64,000 bases of DNA, from assembly GCA_963741945.1 (NCBI GenBank), contig CAVUKA010000001.1:32001-96000 (forward strand), read 5' to 3'. Of this stretch, positions 27,951 to 37,583 are shown one piece after another. Position 1 is the stretch's first letter. Each line of letters begins with the position of its first letter. A model generated the notes under the pieces. That model made no database searches. It worked only from the letters and a program-made list of their open reading frames with translations, and had not been told where the DNA came from. Source of the DNA: an uncultured Gemmatimonadales bacterium (lineage in GTDB: Bacteria > Gemmatimonadota > Gemmatimonadetes > Longimicrobiales > RSA9). The translations under genes and the position numbers were made by a program.

Positions 27951-30025
27951 CGGTACTCCTCGGGTTCAACGGATGCCCACCGGGCGAGCGCCAGCAGGGG
28001 GAAATAGTCGTCGTACATGTGGTACTGCAGGTAAAAGACCTTCGGGAACCCGGTCGCGGTCCACGGCTCGTCGTGCCACGATCCGTCCTCGCGCTGTGTG
28101 CGCAGCAGGTAGGCCAGCCCGGCGCGCGCGGAAGCGGAGCCACGGTCTCCGGCGGCGTGCAGCGCCAGGAGCGCCCAGGCGGTCTGTGCGGCGGTGCTGG
28201 GTCCCACACCCCGCCTGCTCCGGTCCCAGTAGGAGGCCTGCGTCTCACCCCAGCCCCCGTCCTCGTTCTGCCGCTCCCGGAACCAGCACCGGCAGCGCGC
28301 CACCGGGCCTGTCTCCACGTCCTCGCCGGCCGCGGCCAGGCCGGTCAGGGCCAGCCAGCTGCCGTAGATGCGGTTGCACCCCCAGCGTCCGTACCAGGTG
28401 CCATCGCTGTCCTGGCGGTCCAGGATGAACGAGACCGCGCGACGGATCACCGGGTGCTGCGGATCCATCCCGTTCGTCACGAGCATGTCGATGATCCGGC
28501 CGGTGATATCGACCGAGCTCGGGTCGAGCATGGCGTTGTGGTCCGCGAAGGGGACGTGGACGAGGGGGCGGAAATCGCAACTGCGGTCGAACGCGCCCCA
28601 CCCCCCGTCGTCGTTCTGCATGGTCAAAAGCCATTCCAGCCCACGGCGGCGGGCGGCGCTGATCCGGTGGACGTCCCCCACCCCGGCCTGATCGAGAGGG
28701 CGGAGCGCTTCCAGCACCTCAGCGGTGTCATCACAATCAGGGTAGAACTCGTTGGCGTACTCGAAATACCATCCGCCGACGGGTCCATCGGGATTGCCGT
28801 AGCGCCAGTCACCGGCGGCCGTCACCTCCCGGTCCAGGAGCCACTCGCTGGCGCGAAGGAGCGCGGGATGGTCCGGCCGGACGCCCGCGGCGCTGAGGGC
28901 GGCCATCGTCTGGGCGGTGTCCCAGACGGGCGAAAGTGATGGCTGCAGCTGGAGCGTGTCGCCGTGGTCGACCTCCAGCTTCTCCATGGCCGCGTGCTGG
29001 GCGGCCAGTGCCGGGTGGTCATCGTCGTAGCCGAGGCAGCGCATGGCCATGATGACATTGGCAATGGACGGGAAGACGGCGCCGAGTCCGTCCGTGCCCT
29101 CGATCCGCTCCAGCATCCAGCTCTCCGCGGCGTCCAGCGCCCTCTGCCGCAGGGGCGTGAAGCGAGCCCGCTCGATCCTTCGAAGGCCCGCGTCCGCCGC
29201 CCGGAAGAACACGCCCCACGCGCGGGCACCGACGCCGAAGTCGGCGTGGATGTCCACGGCCGCGTCGTCGCCATCGGGGTCGTCCGGGTGGGACGGCACG
29301 GTGTCGAGCGCCGGTTCGGCGCCGCCGGTGCGGATGTCGTGGAGCTCCGCGGCGGCCGGGATCGCCACGCGCGGCCGGAACGCCCAGATCACGGAAAGAG
29401 GGACGAAGATGGAGCGGCTCCAGGACGACATCCGGTCCACGTGGAAGGGGAACCAGCGCGGCAGGAGCATCATCTCCGGAGGGATGGCGGGACAGCGATC
29501 CCAGTCCCACTGCCCGAACATGGCCAGGTAGACGTGCGTGTACGTGTTGGCCGCCGGAATCCCGCCCAGCGCCCGGATGACCCCGCGAGCCGTGCGCATG
29601 TGCGGGGCGTCCGGATCCTCACCCTCCAGCTTGAGCGCGAAGTACGCCTTGATGGACGCGCTCACGTCCGGTGGACCGCCGGGGTACATCGCCCAGCCAC
29701 CGTCCTCGGTCTGGAGTCCGCGCAGGCGACGCACCGCCTTCCGGGCCTTCGGTCCACCCCCGCGCCCCAGGAAGTGCTGCATCAGCACGTACTCGGACTC
29801 GAGGATGCTGTCCCCCTCCAGAACGCCGCACCAGTGTCCGTCCGGCTGCTGCTCGCGCAGCAGGTTGTCCCGCGCCCGGCCCACCGCGCTCTCGATCGCG
29901 TCCGCTGCGTCAGTGCCGGCGCGGCTCGCCGTCGCGACCCCGGTCCGCGGCATGGACCACGCGCGGGATCGCTCGACGCCGCCCGGGCGTTCAGTCCGAG
30001 TCTTCTGCACCCGGCGTGAAGCCAT
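27947..30025 (-). CDS. shc: squalene-hopene cyclase
   Basis: Several QW repeats (QQPDGHW, QTEDGGW, QNDDGGW, QDSDGTW, QNEDGGW, QREDGSW), SPVWDTA, catalytic YPDCDDTA (DxDD, SHC type), TGFPKVFYL; RBS GAGGA before ATG 30025. Confidence 0.96.
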   Translation of the reverse strand: MASRRVQKTRTERPGGVERSRAWSMPRTGVATASRAGTDAADAIESAVGRARDNLLREQQPDGHWCGVLEGDSILESEYVLMQHFLGRGGGPKARKAVRRLRGLQTEDGGWAMYPGGPPDVSASIKAYFALKLEGEDPDAPHMRTARGVIRALGGIPAANTYTHVYLAMFGQWDWDRCPAIPPEMMLLPRWFPFHVDRMSSWSRSIFVPLSVIWAFRPRVAIPAAAELHDIRTGGAEPALDTVPSHPDDPDGDDAAVDIHADFGVGARAWGVFFRAADAGLRRIERARFTPLRQRALDAAESWMLERIEGTDGLGAVFPSIANVIMAMRCLGYDDDHPALAAQHAAMEKLEVDHGDTLQLQPSLSPVWDTAQTMAALSAAGVRPDHPALLRASEWLLDREVTAAGDWRYGNPDGPVGGWYFEYANEFYPDCDDTAEVLEALRPLDQAGVGDVHRISAARRRGLEWLLTMQNDDGGWGAFDRSCDFRPLVHVPFADHNAMLDPSSVDITGRIIDMLVTNGMDPQHPVIRRAVSFILDRQDSDGTWYGRWGCNRIYGSWLALTGLAAAGEDVETGPVARCRCWFRERQNEDGGWGETQASYWDRSRRGVGPSTAAQTAWALLALHAAGDRGSASARAGLAYLLRTQREDGSWHDEPWTATGFPKVFYLQYHMYDDYFPLLALARWASVEPEEYR

Positions 30026-30130
30026 GGATCCTCGTCTTTCCGCCTGGAGATCCGCTGATGGCAACTGGTCCTTCGTTCCTGGCCGGCCCCGTCGGCCGGC
30101 TCCACCGGCTCCCAGGGCTCGGCCGACTCC

Positions 30131-30170
30131 AAAAAAAAACGGCGTCCGCGTGGAACACGCCCAGACGCCG
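30131..30170 (-). terminator. intrinsic terminator-like hairpin plus U9 upstream of shc
   Basis: Minus strand CGGCGUCU-GG-GCGUG-UUC-CACGC-GGACGCCG followed by nine U. Confidence 0.75.
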
Positions 30171-30294
30171 GGGATCGCGGCGCGCCGCCCGTGGGGGGCT
30201 GTCGCGATTTCTGTCACTTCGGAGGCGTGTCAATGCAAGCAGCACGCCAGAAGGCCCTGCCTCGGGACGCGCCCGGATGGATCGGCCTTACCAG

Positions 30295-30651
30295 TCAGGA
30301 CGCGGTCGCCGGGACGAGCACCTGCCACTCCTGGTCGCCGATGGGGAAGAGGAGCTGGTCATAGGGCATGGTTGCGTCCGCGGGCGCGTAGAGCTGCATG
30401 CCTTCGAACTGGCCCACGGGCACGACACTGGGCTGGTGCACGGGCGCTCCCGACGGCAACCACTGGCGGCCGTTGAACTCGACCATCCTCCCCTGCTGCA
30501 CCCACTGGAGCGTGTCGGGGTCGTACGTCTTCACGGCTTCCCCACCGACGGTGGCGTCCGTCGGCCGGGTGTCGCCAGCCTGCTCACGATCACACCCCAC
30601 AACCGCCAGGGCCGTGAGCCCGAGTGCCAGCACACTGGACGTTCGCATCAT
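30295..30651 (-). CDS. small hypothetical lipoprotein
   Basis: Strong RBS GGAGGAG; signal peptide with lipobox AVVGC. Confidence 0.75.
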   Translation of the reverse strand: MMRTSSVLALGLTALAVVGCDREQAGDTRPTDATVGGEAVKTYDPDTLQWVQQGRMVEFNGRQWLPSGAPVHQPSVVPVGQFEGMQLYAPADATMPYDQLLFPIGDQEWQVLVPATAS

Positions 30652-30740
30652 GTCTCCTCCCTGGAGTTTCGTCGGCGACGAACCCCGCGCAGCTTCCATA
30701 CCGCCGGGGCCGGTACGCTGCGAGGCGGGAGTCTGACGCT

Positions 30741-31229
30741 TCAGACCACGCGCTCGAAGATGCCGGTTTCCCGGTTCTTGCGAACGGCATCCCAGTCGAA
30801 CACGCGCCCGTTCATGACCACATAGACGCCGGCGGGCAGGACCTGTACCGCCGTGAGCGCGCCCCCGAGGTTGAACAGTCCGTCGGAGCTGCCGAACGCG
30901 ATCGGAATCATGGCGCCCGTCAGAACGATGGTCTTATCCGGGACGGAGCGGGCGAGCGCGGCGCCGGTCTCCACCATCGTGTCCGTGCCGTGCGTGACCA
31001 CGATGCGATCCTCCGGACAGTCGCGGCACTGCCGCGCAATGATCTCGCGGTCGCTCTCGGACATGTCGAGCGAGTCCACCATCATGAGCGTCCGGATCTC
31101 CACGTCCACCCTGCACCGCCCCATTTCCAGCATCTCGGGCAGGTGGGTGTCATGGAAGAAGAGACGCCCCCGGATCTCGTCGTATTCCTTGTCGAACGTG
31201 CCGCCGGTCACAAAGAGTCTGATCGCCAT
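30741..31229 (-). CDS. short asparaginase N-terminal-domain protein
   Basis: TGGTFDK, DSLDM, VTHGTDTM, VLTGAM. Confidence 0.88.
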   Translation of the reverse strand: MAIRLFVTGGTFDKEYDEIRGRLFFHDTHLPEMLEMGRCRVDVEIRTLMMVDSLDMSESDREIIARQCRDCPEDRIVVTHGTDTMVETGAALARSVPDKTIVLTGAMIPIAFGSSDGLFNLGGALTAVQVLPAGVYVVMNGRVFDWDAVRKNRETGIFERVV

Positions 31230-31360
31230 GCGGCGGAAGGTAGGCGGGCGCGGCGAGGGTCACAACGGACGTTGATCGCGCTCGCGGGGCCCGAGGCGGT
31301 CCCGGGGATCTGAGGGACCTCACTGGCGGCTCTCCCACACCCGCGGGGACCGCCGGCGGG

Positions 31361-33829
31361 CTACTCCTGGTGGAGGGCATGGACGGGGTCGGTGGCGGCG
31401 GCGCGGTGGGCGGGCAGCCAGCTGGCGAGGACGGCCACGGCTGCCAGGAGGGTGGCCACGGCGAAATACGTGATCGGGTCGACGGGGGCCACGCCGTGGA
31501 GGAGCGAGCGCATGAAGCGGGTGAGCGCCACGGCGGCGGCGGCGCCGAGGACCAGGCCGGTGGCGACGAGGACCATGCCCTCCCGCACCACCATGCGGCT
31601 GACATCGGCGGACGCGGCGCCCAGGGCCATCCGGACGCCGATCTCGCGCGTGCGCTGCGTGACGGAGTAGGAGACCACGCCGTACAGCCCCACGGCCCCC
31701 AGCAGCAGGGCGACGGCGGCGGTGAGGGCGAGCATCACGAGCGTGAACGTCGTCCGGGCGAGCGAGCGCTCGAGCACGCGGCTCATGGGGCGCGGTTCGG
31801 CGAGCGGGAGGTTGGGGTTCACCGTCCAGACGGCCTTCTGCACGCGCGGGAGCAGCCCCGGCATGGCGTCGGCGCGAGCGCGCACCGTATAGACGAGCGA
31901 CGTGGGCACCAGAAGCGGCTGGTCCCAGTAGTCGTTCATCGCCATCGGCCAGTAGACGACGGCCACGGGGTCCTGCTCGAGGCCGTCGTCCCGCACCTCG
32001 CCGATGACGCCCACGACCTCCCGCCACGTCCGCTCCCCCATGGTGCCGGAGCCGATGTAGCGGCCCACGGCCGCGGCGGGGCTGTCCCAGTACTCCCGCG
32101 CGAAATCGGCGGTCACCACTGCCACGGGGGCGCGTGTCGCTACATCGGCCCAGGTCATGGCGCGGCCGGCCAGGACGCGCATTCCCATGGCGTCGAAATA
32201 CCCCGGCGCTGCCCACTTCAGGCGGCGCACGGCGGGCAGCTGCCCTTCCTCCACGGGGAAGTCGCGCACCCAGACAGGGTCACTGGTGCCGGAGCCGCTG
32301 AGCGGGAGGGAGGACACGGCCCCGACGGCCTCGACGCCGGGGATCCCTTCGAGCTGGTGAACGATCTGCTCGTGGGTGAGCGCCACCTGCGCGGGATCGT
32401 CCACGAGCCCCTCGGGGATGTTGATGCCGAAGGTGAACACGCGCGCGGGATCGCGGAAGCCGGGATCCACCTCGCGGAGCGACCGGAAGGTCCGAATCAT
32501 GAGCCCGGACGCCACGAGGAGCACCAGCGCCAGCGCCACCTGGGCCACGACGAGGGCGTTGCGGGCGCGGCTGCGTCCCCGACCGGCACCGCCGCCTCGC
32601 CCGGCCTCCTTGAGCGACCCCGCGAGGTCCGGTCGTCCGAAGCGCAGCAGGGGGATCAGCCCGAAGAGGAACCCGGCCAGGAGGGAGACCCCCAGGGCGA
32701 AGCCGAGCACGGCCGGGTCGAGACCGATCTCGTGCACGCGCGGGAGGTTCCCGGAGGGCACGAGGGCCAGGAGCAGCCGCAAACCGCCCCACGCCAGGAG
32801 CAGACCCAGCGCTCCACCCGCGAGCCCCAGGACCACGCTCTCGGTCAGGAAGTGGGAAGCGAGGCGGCCGCGGCCCGCGCCGAGCGCCGAGCGGACCGCG
32901 ACCTCGTGGGCCCCGCCCTCCGCCCGGACGAGGAAGAGGTTGGCGACGTTGGCGCAGGCGATGAGGAGGACCATGCCCACCGTCGCAAGCAGGATCCACA
33001 GCACCGTGCGGACGTTGCCCACCACCGACTCCTTCAACGGCCGGACCAGGCTCGCGAGCCGCGCCTGGTCCATCATCGACTGCGTCAGAGGGCCCGGAAA
33101 GCGCTGCGTGGCTACGGGGAGCAGCGCATCCACTTCCGCCGCCGCCTGCCCGGGCGTGACGCCGGGCTTCAGCCGGGCCACGCCCTGATAGGAGAAGTTC
33201 CCCATGAACACGTCCGCCGGATCGAACTGTAGGGGATACAGCACCGCCGGGTCGTAGCTCCGGAAGTGGAAGTCGCGGGGGAGGACGCCGATGATCTCCC
33301 GCGGCTCCCCGTTCACGTTCAGGGAGCGCCCCAGGACGTCGGGGGCGCCGCCGAACGCGCGCTGCCAGTAGCCCCAGCCGAGGATGACCGTGAGCGGAGC
33401 GCCGGGAGCGTCATCTTCGCGGGTGAACGCGCGGCCCAGGATCGGGCGGACGCCGAGGATCGGGAGCAGACCGTCCGTGACCGCGAGCGTCTCCACCCGC
33501 TCCGGCCGCTCGAGTCCCGTGATGGAGGCACGGGAGTCGAAGTAGAGCGCGAGATCGTCCAGGAGATCCGCGTCGGAGCGAAGCGTGAAGTACACGGCCG
33601 GCGATTCGGGGAGGTCGTGGAATCCGAGCCCCGGCGCGGTGTTCCGGACACTGACCAGCCGATCGGGATCCGGATAGGGGAGCGGCTTCAGGAGCACGCC
33701 GTTGACCACGCTGAAGATGGCCGTGTTGGCGCCGATCCCCACCGCCAGTGTGATCACCGCGGTGACCGTGAACAGGGGACTCCGGGCCAGCCGCCGGAGC
33801 GCGTACCGCATCTCGCCCAACCGTTCCAT
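31361..33829 (-). CDS. duplicated MacB/FtsX-type ABC permease (ADOP-like orphan permease)
   Basis: TLAVGIGANTAIFSVVNGVLL, LLIACANVANL, QRTREIGVRMALGA; two MacB-PCD/FtsX halves. Confidence 0.92.
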   Translation of the reverse strand: MERLGEMRYALRRLARSPLFTVTAVITLAVGIGANTAIFSVVNGVLLKPLPYPDPDRLVSVRNTAPGLGFHDLPESPAVYFTLRSDADLLDDLALYFDSRASITGLERPERVETLAVTDGLLPILGVRPILGRAFTREDDAPGAPLTVILGWGYWQRAFGGAPDVLGRSLNVNGEPREIIGVLPRDFHFRSYDPAVLYPLQFDPADVFMGNFSYQGVARLKPGVTPGQAAAEVDALLPVATQRFPGPLTQSMMDQARLASLVRPLKESVVGNVRTVLWILLATVGMVLLIACANVANLFLVRAEGGAHEVAVRSALGAGRGRLASHFLTESVVLGLAGGALGLLLAWGGLRLLLALVPSGNLPRVHEIGLDPAVLGFALGVSLLAGFLFGLIPLLRFGRPDLAGSLKEAGRGGGAGRGRSRARNALVVAQVALALVLLVASGLMIRTFRSLREVDPGFRDPARVFTFGINIPEGLVDDPAQVALTHEQIVHQLEGIPGVEAVGAVSSLPLSGSGTSDPVWVRDFPVEEGQLPAVRRLKWAAPGYFDAMGMRVLAGRAMTWADVATRAPVAVVTADFAREYWDSPAAAVGRYIGSGTMGERTWREVVGVIGEVRDDGLEQDPVAVVYWPMAMNDYWDQPLLVPTSLVYTVRARADAMPGLLPRVQKAVWTVNPNLPLAEPRPMSRVLERSLARTTFTLVMLALTAAVALLLGAVGLYGVVSYSVTQRTREIGVRMALGAASADVSRMVVREGMVLVATGLVLGAAAAVALTRFMRSLLHGVAPVDPITYFAVATLLAAVAVLASWLPAHRAAATDPVHALHQE

Positions 33830-33946
33830 GGCTTCCTCGCCGATGGGGAACCCTGGTGCTGCGCTGGCGCACCGTACGGGAAGGTGAGCGTCGGGGTTTC
33901 CGGCGACGGTCGACCGCGCTCGCTGCGCTCGGGCGGCCCCTGGGGC

Positions 33947-33994
33947 GGGGAGTCGAACCGGGGCGGACTTCGCCGCCCCGGTTCGAGACTCCCC
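33947..33994. terminator. long inverted repeat downstream of tricorn gene 1
   Basis: GGGGAGTC-GAACCGGGGCGG-acttcg-CCGCCCCGGTTC-ga-GACTCCCC; no clear U tract. Confidence 0.55.
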
Positions 33995-34020
33995 TGAATG
34001 ACGCCGGCCTGGCTACTACG

Positions 34021-37000
34021 CTAGTGGCCGGTCCGGTCGGGCGGCGTGGGCCGCGCGGGGAGGTGCTTCGGATGCGCCTTCATGTCCTCGAGCACTTCCT
34101 GAACGGCGCGCTCGAGCTGGGGGTCGCGGCCCTCCAGCACCGCCTTCGGGTCGTTCTCGACCACGATGTCCGGATCGACGCCGTGCCCCTCGATGATCCA
34201 GGAGCCGTCCACGCCGATGAAGCCGAACTCGGGGACGTTCACGGTCCCTCCGTCGATCAGGGTGCCGTGGTTGGTGATCCCGGTGACACCGCCCCACGAG
34301 CGCTTGCCGATGAGCGGGCCGAGGCCGGCCTGCTTGAACATGGCCGGGAAGATGTCGCCATCGGAAGCCGACGTCTCATCGAGCAGAGCCACGAGCGACC
34401 CGTAGAAGACCGGGCCGCGCGGGTACGTGGACGGGTAGTCGTTGTTGCGCGAGTACCCACTGGCCAGCAGCTCCTTGCTGAGCCGTTCGATGACCATGGA
34501 GGAGATGTTGCCGCCCCCGTTCCCGCGGTCATCGATGATGAAGCCCTGCTTGCGGATCTGCGGGTAGTACCACTTCACGAACTCGCGGATGCCGTCGGCG
34601 CCCATGTCCGGCAGGTGCATGTATCCCACCCTGCCCTCGGTCATCCGGGCCACGCGCTCGCGATTCCGCTTCACCCAGTCGTAGTAGATGAGCTTGCTCT
34701 CGGCCGTGCGCGGCTCGAACGCGACCTCGCGGGCGCCGTCCATGGTGGGGCGGCTGTTGAGCGTCAGCGTCACCGGGTGGTCGGCCCGGTTGCGGAGGAG
34801 CCGGTACGGGTTGTCGGGTGCCATCAGCTGCTGCCCGTCGATGGCCAGGACGTAATCGCCCACGCGGGCATCCACGCCCACCTGGGTGAGCGGCGACCGG
34901 TACTCGGGCTCCGCGTTGTCGCCCGGAAGGATCTCCGCGACCCGGTAGCGGCCCGCCGCCGGATCGAGCTCGAACCGGGCCCCGGGCAGAGCGACGTCGG
35001 CGCGGTCGGGGAGGTCGTGATCGCCGCCGGAGATGTACGTGTGGGAGTTGCTCAGCTCCGCGATCATCTCGTTCAGGACATAGTCCAGGTCGGAGCGGTC
35101 GCCCACGTACTGCAGGAGCGGCCGGTACTGCTCGCGCAGCGCCTTCCAGTCGTACCCGTTCATGTTGGCGACGTAGAAGAAGTCGCGGAACCGACGCCAG
35201 ACCTCGTCATAGATCTGGTTCCATTCCTGCTTCGGGACGATGTCCGCCTCGAGGCCATCCGTGGCCACGCTCTTCTTCGAGCTTTCGCCCTTGGCGACAT
35301 CGTAGAGCGTGTAGCCCCGCCCCTGGCGCGCCAGCAGCTTCGTGCCATCCGGCGAGAGCGCGTAGCCGCGCACGCCTTCGGCCAGCGTGCTGCTCTTCCG
35401 ATCCTTCAGGTCGAACGTGAGCAGCGCCGGCTCCTCACCCGAGCTCCGGCCGTAGAAGAACGCCGGGGTCCGCACGTACACGAGCTTCCCTTCCACCGCG
35501 GACAGGCTGGCGTAGTTGTCGGGCTCCACGGGCACCGGCGCGATGCGGTCCGCGAGGCCATCGAAGTCGATGCGGACGTCCGTCGGCGCCTCGTTCCTGT
35601 CCGGCGTGGCACTCCCGTCCTTGCCGGAGGACGCGTCCTCCGAGGCCACATCCACCTCGTCGCTCTGCGGCGGGAAGGGCGCGGGCACGTCCTTTCGGAG
35701 CGCCAGCGCGAAGATGCCCGTGCTCTTCGTGGTGGCGAAGTTCCACTCGTTCTGGCTGATCTGTGGCGCGTACTCCCGGTCGCTGAAGAAGTAGAGGTAG
35801 CGGCCGTCGGCGCCGAACACGGGCTCGTAGTCGTTGGTCAGGTCGCTGGTCACGCGACGCGGCGCGGCATCGCCGAGGCCCCAGATGTAGAGCGACCGGT
35901 AGCCGGCCGCGTCGCTCAGGGAGAACGCGAGCCAGCGCCCGTCCTTCGACCAGCTCTGGTCGGACATCTGGCCACTGGAGTCCCGGGCCACGAGCGTGCT
36001 CTTCCGGGTCCCGAGGTCCAGCACCCAGAGTCGACCGCGGGCATCCGAGAAGGAGAGCCGCTTGCCATCCGGCGCCCACTGGGGGCCGTAGCGCATGACA
36101 TCGCCGTCGGACGTGAGCTGCTCGGGCTGTCCGCTCCCGTCCTGATTGACGAGGTAGAGCTCCTCCTCGCCCGAGCGATCGGAGATGAACGCGATCCTGC
36201 GGCCGTCCGGCGACCACGCCGCGCCCTTCTCGTGAGATGTCGAGCTGTTGGTGAGGTTGCGCGTGGCGCCGTGCTCGATGGGGGCCGTGAAGAGGTCGCC
36301 GCGGGCGATGAAGACCGCGCGCTGCCCCTTCGGCGCCAGGCCGAAGTCCTCGATCCAGCGGGAGACGTTCTCGTGCACGGGGCGCCAGGCCACGCCGTCG
36401 TCGGGGACCGTGATGTCGAGCTTCCGGTCCGCCGACGACCCGGTGTCGAACACGTGCAGCTCGCCGGCCATCTCGTAGACGATCTGGCCATCGGCCGAAG
36501 CACTGGGCCAGCGTACGTCCCACCGGGTGCTGCTGGTCAGCCGCTTCAGGTCACTGCCATCCGGATTCATGGAGTAGAGGTTGAGCGTGCCCGTGCGATC
36601 GGAATCGAAATAGAGGCGGCCGCCGATCCACATGGGATCGCGGTCGGTGCGCACGTCGTCGGTGAGGTTCTTCGCCTCGTGGCTCGCCAGGTCGAACGTC
36701 CAGAGGTCCTCCGCCCACCCGCCCGAATAGCGCTTCCAGGCGCGGAAGTCCCGGAAGAGCGGAGAGTAGAACACCGACTTGCCGTCCGGCGACAGCGTTC
36801 CCGCGCCGGCCTTCGGCATGGGCAGCTGCTGCGGCAGTCCACCGTCGAGGGAGACCACGTAGAGGTGCTGGTTGGCCAGGTCCCAGCTGTCGCGCATGGA
36901 GCGGAACAGGATCCCCTTCCCGTCCGGGGTCCATCCGTAGACCTGGTTGTCGTAGCCCCAGCGAGGTGGGAGCGGCCCGGTCGCCGGGTAGTACGTCAGC

Positions 37001-37341
37001 TGCTTCGGCACGCCGCCGCCCGCCGGCATGACGTACACCTGCTCGTCGCCGTCGTACTGGCCGGTGAACGCGATCCAGCGGCCGTCCGGGGAGTACTTCG
37101 CGAACAGCTCCTGGCCCGGGTGCGCGGTGAGGCGCACGGCCGTGCCACCGTTCGCGCCGGCGCTCCAGAGGTCTCCCGCGTACGTGAAGACCACGTGGTC
37201 GCCCTGGATATCGGGGAAGCGGAGCAGCTTGGTCTGCGCCGCCAGTGAGCTCGCGGCGCCGAGCACCAGAAGCGCCGCCACGAGAAGCGGAGTCGCAGCG
37301 CCCCGGGGGCCCACGGCTCCGAACCGGTTCGACCTCATCAT
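34021..37341 (-). CDS. tricorn protease homolog 1 (S41; beta-propellers + PDZ), secreted
   Basis: Signal peptide; LLRFPDI..VVFTYAGDLW; PD40-type SPDG repeats; ELSNSHTY; DDRGNGGGN; catalytic SASDGD; WGGV; EGHGVDPD. Confidence 0.93.
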   Translation of the reverse strand: MMRSNRFGAVGPRGAATPLLVAALLVLGAASSLAAQTKLLRFPDIQGDHVVFTYAGDLWSAGANGGTAVRLTAHPGQELFAKYSPDGRWIAFTGQYDGDEQVYVMPAGGGVPKQLTYYPATGPLPPRWGYDNQVYGWTPDGKGILFRSMRDSWDLANQHLYVVSLDGGLPQQLPMPKAGAGTLSPDGKSVFYSPLFRDFRAWKRYSGGWAEDLWTFDLASHEAKNLTDDVRTDRDPMWIGGRLYFDSDRTGTLNLYSMNPDGSDLKRLTSSTRWDVRWPSASADGQIVYEMAGELHVFDTGSSADRKLDITVPDDGVAWRPVHENVSRWIEDFGLAPKGQRAVFIARGDLFTAPIEHGATRNLTNSSTSHEKGAAWSPDGRRIAFISDRSGEEELYLVNQDGSGQPEQLTSDGDVMRYGPQWAPDGKRLSFSDARGRLWVLDLGTRKSTLVARDSSGQMSDQSWSKDGRWLAFSLSDAAGYRSLYIWGLGDAAPRRVTSDLTNDYEPVFGADGRYLYFFSDREYAPQISQNEWNFATTKSTGIFALALRKDVPAPFPPQSDEVDVASEDASSGKDGSATPDRNEAPTDVRIDFDGLADRIAPVPVEPDNYASLSAVEGKLVYVRTPAFFYGRSSGEEPALLTFDLKDRKSSTLAEGVRGYALSPDGTKLLARQGRGYTLYDVAKGESSKKSVATDGLEADIVPKQEWNQIYDEVWRRFRDFFYVANMNGYDWKALREQYRPLLQYVGDRSDLDYVLNEMIAELSNSHTYISGGDHDLPDRADVALPGARFELDPAAGRYRVAEILPGDNAEPEYRSPLTQVGVDARVGDYVLAIDGQQLMAPDNPYRLLRNRADHPVTLTLNSRPTMDGAREVAFEPRTAESKLIYYDWVKRNRERVARMTEGRVGYMHLPDMGADGIREFVKWYYPQIRKQGFIIDDRGNGGGNISSMVIERLSKELLASGYSRNNDYPSTYPRGPVFYGSLVALLDETSASDGDIFPAMFKQAGLGPLIGKRSWGGVTGITNHGTLIDGGTVNVPEFGFIGVDGSWIIEGHGVDPDIVVENDPKAVLEGRDPQLERAVQEVLEDMKAHPKHLPARPTPPDRTGH

Positions 37342-37538
37342 CGGTTCTCCTGTGATTCGTGCGTCCGGCTGTGCGCAGCCGGTTCCGTCAATCTGGAGCC
37401 CTGCGCGCCGATGGTCCAGCGAAGAGCTCAACCGCGCGGGCGGAGACGGGAACGCCTCCGGGGGGATGCCCGCGCCGGGAGGATGTACGTCGGCCGATGC
37501 CGGATGTTCCAGCGCTCGTTCCAGGCCTCGGCACGCAT

Positions 37539-37583
37539 GTGCGCCTCACTCGCGTGCGCCTCACGCGCGTGCGGCTCACCCGC
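37539..37583. repeat. 3 x 15-bp imperfect tandem repeat across the pqiC stop
   Basis: gtgcgcctcactcgc / gtgcgcctcacgcgc / gtgcggctcacccgc. Confidence 0.6.

Noticed and set aside
27947-30025. Oxidosqualene cyclase / sterol pathway, suggested by the MVA genes and eukaryote-like squalene synthase
   Set aside because: The active site is DCDDTA (DxDD, SHC type), not DCTAE; hpnH/hpnG are adjacent and no squalene epoxidase is present.
33856-37248. 1130-aa plus-strand ORF (similarly 44575-48360, 57434-60892, 3560-6466, 26010-28007 and others)
   Set aside because: Antisense shadows of well-supported genes, caused by high GC at third codon positions; no recognisable motifs.
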